Shown: positions 62,001 to 64,000 of the stretch, piece after piece
Layout of the letters: every line of letters begins with the position of its first letter
How positions within the stretch are numbered: the stretch's first letter is position 1
NCBI GenBank assembly: GCA_002104945.1
Contig: MCFH01000056.1
Coordinates: 295,039-359,038 of the forward strand
Length of the DNA: 64,000 nucleotides
Source: Piromyces finnis finn
Lineage: Eukaryota; Fungi; Neocallimastigomycota
Reading direction: 5' to 3'
Position numbers and translations under genes: made by a program
Notes under the pieces: model-generated
The model's input: the letters and a program-made list of their open reading frames with translations, nothing else
What the model was told of the DNA's origin: nothing
The model's database searches: none

Positions 62001-64000
62001 AAAGAAAATGAAGAATATGAAGAAGGACTTTACTGTGCTAGCAAGGGAAGTAATGTATTATATTTATTAACTGGAAAGGCTACTTCTACTCAAAACACAG
62101 TTAATTGTATTAGTAGAAAGGATGAAGATAAATATATATCATCCAAGAAGATTACTAAAATGAATGGTATTGAATTAAAGAACAAATTGATTGAATTTAA
62201 TAAAAATGCTATTACACTTGTAAGAGATGGTTACTATATAATTAGTCAAAATGATACTTTAATTTCTAGTGATATTGCTAACAATGAAGATGTTGAATTT
62301 ATTATTTACAACTGTAAAGATACCGTTTGCAGTACCAATGTTAGTCCAGGTGAAAAGTTAATCACTAACGAAGGTGAAATCATTGAAATTGATGAAGAAG
62401 GTAAATTAGTTTCCTTAACCGAAAATGGTCTTTCCTTCTTCAGTAAGGAAGGTAAGGTTTGTGATGAAAGTGAAAGTGAAGTTGGTATCATTATTAATGT
62501 TTCTGAAAATGGAAAGGTAAACGAATCTATAGGATTAAGTGACTTACAAGAAGGTGTATACATTAATGAAAGTAACGAAGATGTTGTTGCTGTGAAGGAA
62601 AATGGTGAATGGATGATTAAATCTGTTAAATGTAGTTATGATGAAAGTAAGGGTACTTGCAGTAATGAAAAGGTTGAATTTGCAGTTGGTGATTACTGTA
62701 GTTATGAAAAGAAATTATACGTTATCACCGAAACTGTTGAAGATGAAGAAAGTAAGTGTGTTGTTGGTGGAAAGGAAAGTCCAATCATAATGAAGAGTAG
62801 TAATGGTAAATTAATTTCTGTTGAAGAGAAGATGATTCAATTCATCGAAGATGATGGTTACTACGCCCTTAGTACTGATGATACTCCATTTGAAAATGTA
62901 GAAATGGCTGAAAGTAAGTTAATTAAATGTGAAGATGATGAATGTAATGAAGTTGATGTTGAGGTTGGTAGTTACCTTAACAAGGCTCCTATTGTTAGTA
63001 ATATTGTTCAATACCCAAGTGGTAAATTGGAAGAATCTGTCAAGTCCGATAAGAAATGTGAAATTAATGAAGAAGGTATTGTTAGTGGTGAAGATGTCAA
63101 TGTTGGTGATGTTTGTATTGTATCTCAATCTCTCTACTTGGTTGGTGATGATATGAGAGGAAATGAAGTTAAGAAGGAAATTATAAGTTACAAATTGGTT
63201 GAAAATTCATTATATAAATTGAATGATGATGCTGTTGTACAAATATTTGATGGTTATTACTTTGTTACTGGAGAAGACTTACCAGTTACTAATGTAAAGG
63301 ATTATGCAAAGGTTGATACTGTTGGTGTTATGTGTAGTAGCAAGGGTTACTGTTTCGTTATGGAACCAAGTATTTTAGGTTACTATCCAGATTACACCAC
63401 TAAGAATGGTAAAAACTTTAGAATTATTAAGTATAATCCAAGTGATAAGAGTGGAAAGCGTGAAGAAGAAAGTAGTGGTTATGAAGTACTCTCCGAAGAA
63501 GGTATTTATAAGATGGATGATGGATCATATGCTCAATGTGAAAAGGATAATAATGATGAAGTTGTTTGTCATGATATTGAAGAAAAGGGTGCTTATGTGA
63601 CTGTTGATGATGAAGTTATTGTTTGTGTTGAAGATGAAGATGAAGAAGTTCAATGTAGTCAAGCTACAAATGGTGGTTACTACTGGATTGACAAAAAGTT
63701 ATATGAATGTGATCCAAGTGAAGATGGTGATAAGTTAGATTGTAAAGAAGTAGCTAAGGAAGGATACTTTATTTCCCAACCAGAAGGTGATCTTTACGAA
63801 TGTGAAAAGGTTGAAGAAGAAACTGAAATTGTTGAAGAAGAAACCGCAGATGTTAGTAAGATATATGATGGATTAAATGCTGGAGGTGAAGAATCAAGTG
63901 AAGAAGAAGATGAAACTACAACCACCACCTCTACCGAAGAAAGTACAACAACTACAACTACAACTGAAGAATCAACTACAACAACAACTACAACTACTGA
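47100..64000 (+). CDS. Giant secreted Cys-rich repeat protein, fungal cellulosome scaffoldin type (ScaA-like size); at least 5,633 aa, runs off the window
   Basis: ATG at 47100 gives MVNFKRFGSLLPLLLGISKVLGA (signal-peptide-like). The same frame reads through at every point checked up to 64000, and an in-frame stop would have produced an entry in the ORF track. Many repeats of G-[YW]-[YF]...L-I/L-x-C-x(3-8)-C (e.g. GYYLSSEDNKLLNCDKTGC at ~50520) match the described anaerobic-fungal scaffoldin motif. Ends in acidic and Thr-rich repeats (TTTTSTEESTTTT). Confidence 0.88.
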   Translation, partial: MVNFKRFGSLLPLLLGISKVLGADEVVEQEGSTGNSNTPKPIEYNFNDGQLYIKDGVTESPYKNPLPGYYKYKDIEGTDNYVKCDRYEKCEDITSSLLTKSICKVNGELIINSRSENKVGICLENKAYTFVEFGENDKNYVVSQNVELFGFDAKTTHVLLKISTNSITFDNTAKDFEDQCVLKGDNNGYIVDRKVDFCSTDSTDMYYTCKSGKCTTKKQDDYEDVETEYTKEKCTFIIDEGTVNNSCTKKGYYLHVDGQSKKLIECLVTQAAPLTGRSGEISCGIKTTTGITGYYWNELQYNEIIKCVDGDCSLVTFEDECQKAGDFIDNGYNVKLCNTASTAFVFKGIEDKLIEDKKENNYIDNIFGEENIRYVVDTNDYKVEIKKEHDIKDTILENKHYICSNGKCKKTDISINSSLDCKYTNAKLITEQKYFITADGQFIQDTDSDKDKYSGYLISIKETKCNVISKSNGYYVFSESQLVFCNTEQGCKLDNSVLLVAKPTDYPIYLLNSDNTDSTKLIRCTSSSECKVYKGEKGYYLDGSVDSKELSLIYCNGSTCSATMVASRRAYYTKDINGEVTTEGIILCNNGCVKATLGTEEKYYLNGGVGSNVTPLIHFKSGADPEIEVIDSSKKELYKNANDVKGFIYCSSPTECSEISKFQDKEYVDVKEKKIHYYDDEKEKWSESDINLETNGDSNAYYVNKLTNEILTNNNEDGKLVVCSKASDVTTCGIVTKEFKTYYINGGDDSKSLIQYDKSKTKFSLMKNVDEGYYINSNTDVISCNENCENFSIPENCDVNEGKIIKSSNTNKFCISTSKSVELTTKEEKYMVGSDSDSKIYKVNNKNVLVDKSEGYYLIKRDDTKKFVSAKDIAGDVYYCNGVKCVKQTISDEKYLPNDDENTNSNLTKIYCNGGQCKLNAKSATENYCIKTNDGNTDKSLYVCKDACDFTAQNNCSNENNKIGYYLGYYNSYLIKCSDNGNCEKEILDDSAIGYYLNMDNSKPLIQCYTSLGKTNCAAVSEVKNGYYTTPESTTDGNIIKCNNGKCKLETVTVTAQEIKYFVSGETNKHITKCEEVVEQEPEPLRRSGVEMVTKCTAIASPKLGWYVNGDKNAKTEGLDLILCSKTNGSFSCIEKPKNIGYYLSSEDNKLLNCDKTGCNDVVDLSESSANSYYVNGENNQLIYCQGPNCKSIDVNSKGFYLSATNQKYLIKCDKVDKNIVCTELTKPGTNGVYMNADTYTLSQQPLIVYNDDDYDDSKSKFKLSGNDIKNGWYKSAETDVLTKSPDNSVIKCTNSRNCSYVKVKDSQCSPSIAGEFSKVNGKLQWCKTDGSGFVDFVNGEVISEFNKNDKIPGVNLPSGVKKAYALLQVDTTFIVRSDAVDGYKYDKSLYFCPKEKYGICTEVSTADLVPGIYIDHKITNKEIKCSEVDKKVICEETENKFVTYSDGYKINNKDMYGINVDYMYAFANNGNSFPTTGDYFRANVNKYSIKLIKNIEGVEDITKYNNKFDSNGKLFVNKIKDSEGKLKENDENIDANYYDYDTNYGFYEYSKVNEAISLDKVVIYFNETEEFKYECKIGDVCIKKELTEVPLKGFKFDSDAGVLKPEFTSNKEERKIEFKVGTYIVGDREVTYDKDGNFKQGETIPNSDDADEGSICKDGGVVAFKVGGTKTIKSSKRVSKFVFKPESVNASKRSESDEAYGLMELTHLSCTVSKEIRNIFISGEDDDEEKDHIMITEEILDVDSAYSCNAKECKSITENEMTRYYINTAQQGKIKNAYAKCGYDDKKKKVVCVLLNIKEDDKLLFENAAATSAEDALISCNYKEGCKTMPVSGKLGLPLCEEKYDDIKLTYYVRVDNGEELEKDQYCIDEKEKIVSSSEFIESEIFVFDITYRQIDYSKIKENHKFASMYYKNENNGKYVQTYGYITSTDGYSKLTNEGLTFIKYKDTYKSCELEGTGSIIKEGSDVEICIGSEPPRKITGMDNTYNLLNINLNNVYPEVNAGNKILVKVKGDIVYSIYEDGYVLIDSDNKLVEMTVQTRKREVEPTPSLTLYQFNVNNMYCDSIENPSNGIYKTNMNEKTINCIGKKCNLKDIENLQFSKNITYSYIKDKNNLFSSVSTDEFIIEISEYKITPLIADNYILMDEKLYLCNSNKETCNEEDIKPGWYISGSESYKAIKCESGACKTVENLSSSCSKMGDLIYSTSAKTYQLCNTTRNGKSLVDAAGSIINLRNDNSNYDKIKSEFPEQNNIITISKNAAIGIGIDSGRNEATESIYKPIKTCYSIKSNVDETKQCQFSSSDLIAVGNYCIKNDQLYVTTEEKKCQKVDKNTALLLNGEIEIKSVADITLTTRMYYCNGEKCEITAGYMKLGNDEVKCDLTGCVKNESITHDFTDPITYSYSEDPSDFPGAANVKSALIETGSNYKVLFKGDGYYLINSSKEMLDKDSEENPNLSANATGNLYLCNKNDLSCVMQNDDDAQDKINGYFLNGKTKDNTSIIICKDGVCSIINNSNADNINDIHYGTDKCNSTISGSLVRDNKKNVKLCISNIAQSFTTNDSVKYYAIKLLKNNAFGSVRVTEENDVANIIVKVTSKSITQYKDKGYILHKSTNEIVENVGGNNSASLYNCKEDDDNRVVCDAVKNINNGWYFNEHYNDKRYIVCNSGACDVKEAPELMQCQSSGSLIYNDGKFKLCKTQNEQVDLVGNYKVIVNISGKEKFPSIEMNNTEILLEINNKNSVTIEKFEGYKIINEQDKKLIIDDDKEGLLYKCESTGECNRVLLPNQNYYLKNNATGFAEELIYCTGEYGSKCEIKNPEEGFYVGSDVNKPIIQCIQPGYEVDGSTTTTGNIVCKERQFKEGWFMNAGSDKNEYPLIYCNYERGCVTIKDLNDGWYINTGRESIFGYDGLNNSTIPSIIKCEGNSCDYVKSKDLKSACEENGGEIIISKGSIKLCKNNKESIDVSKASNTNIIMISENEKFPGQSGSDIIAVEINKFSAVQKKYAEETFLYINKEMYRCDDTCEIIKGNDETNGMKVLDQFTRNIYTSSLCDENSCSWVINKDEGLIFLDGNYKLVEGIGEGFNDISHLFKCKKFEKNPTCYELDFNEGYYINQYHKIDENKSGQKLYIYDGEWKIFDDEYKEKPTCTYLNYKQNYCTISYSDEVYSDSDNENIISAGEICKSSNGKYFIAYGEINTGIDSPNCVSFPNDATESYYKINENKYIMDKYGFFVVGDYVEKTNSKLVCNGMKCQIEKILRCSFNIQNGTCKSSSDIIKTGNICISEGNTYLALSDISTSEGSCIKYVSPSNEKTIPYSEYGYDNSKIVKGDNKNKYLLINNKLSIFNSQESVMLKSEGNYVIDNYNNLVNIGNNEISISENSIFKYILCDGNKCERRTTCLNKNEAEYIYDSNESIIKCDPLKKTIQKISQPGYYLNKPWNNLIKCHQNIVKSKIECKVINGNNGNEGYYINAGNKDKIIKCIRNEGRFSCSEENIVECTLDEKTNTCTSKLELLRNSYCIYRAEDKKLGKIEKLMYVENYIKEGEKGSCISGNDVDPYFYYSKQSKFLGHPERKDLIRVSGSSVTSIYENDIGYYVIDTKDGLGLKNDVGLEKSRFYECTKDGCIENVNPDVNKIYINKASSEKLIKYKGYWDVIIESKCTIYANNPKLCYLGGEGINNKGILYIENDGMLTFYVPTEISEKVNAINRNKFDTKDKELEKNRYIHYENNLYLLNSNSQSFDKQVKEGYYFFSSKKTKSFNLLPYVTTVNKTLEDENSNEISYYEVTKNCYGEINSSESKSINDLKKGCYWNRANENVVIQNMEISDKVKPEEEDEEGDKRRKRNNDVELNSVVKSNTNICKSVVKNNCVSAIEGQVISKGDVCLVKDGEFKGLYLIINDIKKGSSGTNCLRYDYGNVYHYVNEKTNINGKDYEKILVKIGKDEIVPFDTKLEDNSNVGYYVLNSNKQMISNESLESATAYNCNYKYDEENVNIEGFECNSFEEKGNKYYYGNYENILYASNRKWKVEKDEKYYFRNDENLASSYDEESQNEDTCKPIKLGNIEYNIEGYYLNSAELNRTVLVENKSEDYSIYKGLIKCKVLENGQCSSEEEGKQLVTGDICYDGSKKKLYVVEIEKSQDENTNDITKCYTGSRNLKYKIIDNVLYQLDGLSLKKMASGIYILNDKLEKFESEYPEKPYQIVSCENGGCEIKDKLQLESNEIVLNSAVVYEGSKESILKYYNETIGEGNEKFMNLKDNNKCYCLDKNGEIPNEDSDSCYYFVNCKTDSYNINYAINSNERMILKYESGYYKLNTGEYDNKKIKYDPKLDVIKHGNDYNIDENEIKYKIDNNNIFKLKPKYITYGYGIIDGLYLLKDGKPFESEEWTTLTEKEVCYAVKGSCNKSKLKTYRENKYVINKAVGKTSIVTYDLENNLWRTVKEDGYYFLFDHNGETYSINIEDRRPSKIYEIRNGELIEENLVNKEGEIGFYLFNDLIVEKVGMGWEDAKKILNNVDVVEKSNCNAIEKAEIIEADEYCYNENYGMCIVKSLIDDKTGKNSNCVFNTNASKHFEVINNELYLIDANSFRKITSSGIYVIGNDKLGYNGKKEGSASAYKCVDGKCTIANDLESQYYYNKASELLGEEVILYHDNARDSWRKTSESGKYVFNNKGYPTVSSEEGMKVYEVGKKGSKIEKVESASDGKLIVKTISNELFVIDVKNGKIELKRMKKCSVDVNGNVKVKGKLQVGDLCNADGNVVIITANKNAKREEVEDDEEVEYSYTGAVSDNQESKMIYIEEEMKFAELSNEGYEYLDIEGYVVLDKSNGGLLESTTEVLCDAYLCKDGKCTLLAADKIKSGNYYINSLSENGKLVKYVSNGKWKVESEIGYYFLTSDMKMVEKEGVPEYVIDVRKVNGKMEQVEITDENVVGFYLNKAGKNKYLVSNNEVFWSKGTELRICEIEEKEEGSICKTTKENEEYEEGLYCASKGSNVLYLLTGKATSTQNTVNCISRKDEDKYISSKKITKMNGIELKNKLIEFNKNAITLVRDGYYIISQNDTLISSDIANNEDVEFIIYNCKDTVCSTNVSPGEKLITNEGEIIEIDEEGKLVSLTENGLSFFSKEGKVCDESESEVGIIINVSENGKVNESIGLSDLQEGVYINESNEDVVAVKENGEWMIKSVKCSYDESKGTCSNEKVEFAVGDYCSYEKKLYVITETVEDEESKCVVGGKESPIIMKSSNGKLISVEEKMIQFIEDDGYYALSTDDTPFENVEMAESKLIKCEDDECNEVDVEVGSYLNKAPIVSNIVQYPSGKLEESVKSDKKCEINEEGIVSGEDVNVGDVCIVSQSLYLVGDDMRGNEVKKEIISYKLVENSLYKLNDDAVVQIFDGYYFVTGEDLPVTNVKDYAKVDTVGVMCSSKGYCFVMEPSILGYYPDYTTKNGKNFRIIKYNPSDKSGKREEESSGYEVLSEEGIYKMDDGSYAQCEKDNNDEVVCHDIEEKGAYVTVDDEVIVCVEDEDEEVQCSQATNGGYYWIDKKLYECDPSEDGDKLDCKEVAKEGYFISQPEGDLYECEKVEEETEIVEEETADVSKIYDGLNAGGEESSEEEDETTTTTSTEESTTTTTTTEESTTTTTTTT

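Noticed and set aside
47981-63600. Short ORFs listed on both strands within the giant gene
   Set aside because: They are shadows of the biased codon usage of the + strand ORF and have no recognisable motifs.
63998-64000. Terminal TGA as the stop of the giant ORF
   Set aside because: It is out of frame. Codons read ACT ACT GA-, so the ORF is open at the window edge.

Overview
Extremely AT-rich eukaryotic DNA, most likely from an anaerobic gut fungus (Neocallimastigomycota). This is inferred from composition and the scaffoldin-type gene. The window has three parts. (1) 1-8.3 kb is AT-rich DNA with a foldback repeat, a decayed Ty3/Gypsy relic and a (TTTTA)n tract. (2) 8.3-40.7 kb is a five-level nest of Ty3/Gypsy chromoviruses that can be resolved through 5-bp target-site duplications (TSDs). 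An old element D contains a 26.8-kb insert (11239-38074, TSD AGTGG) holding A-family elements A1, A2 and A3 (A3 intact), element B, intact element C and solo LTR E. A further solo B LTR sits in D. All three 5' LTR families show a Tf1-type self-priming signature rather than a tRNA primer site. A 535-bp poly(A)-tailed, SINE-like retroposon occurs twice (27982-28552 +, 44815-45362 -), and a tRNA-like A/B-box unit lies antisense in the 3' UTR of element B. (3) From 47100 to the window end there is one uninterrupted ORF of at least 5,633 codons, absent from the ORF track because it has no stop in the window. It encodes a secreted, Cys-rich repeat protein of the fungal cellulosome scaffoldin type, with dibasic Kex2-like sites in acidic linkers. 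Coordinates were counted by hand, and no database searches were run.
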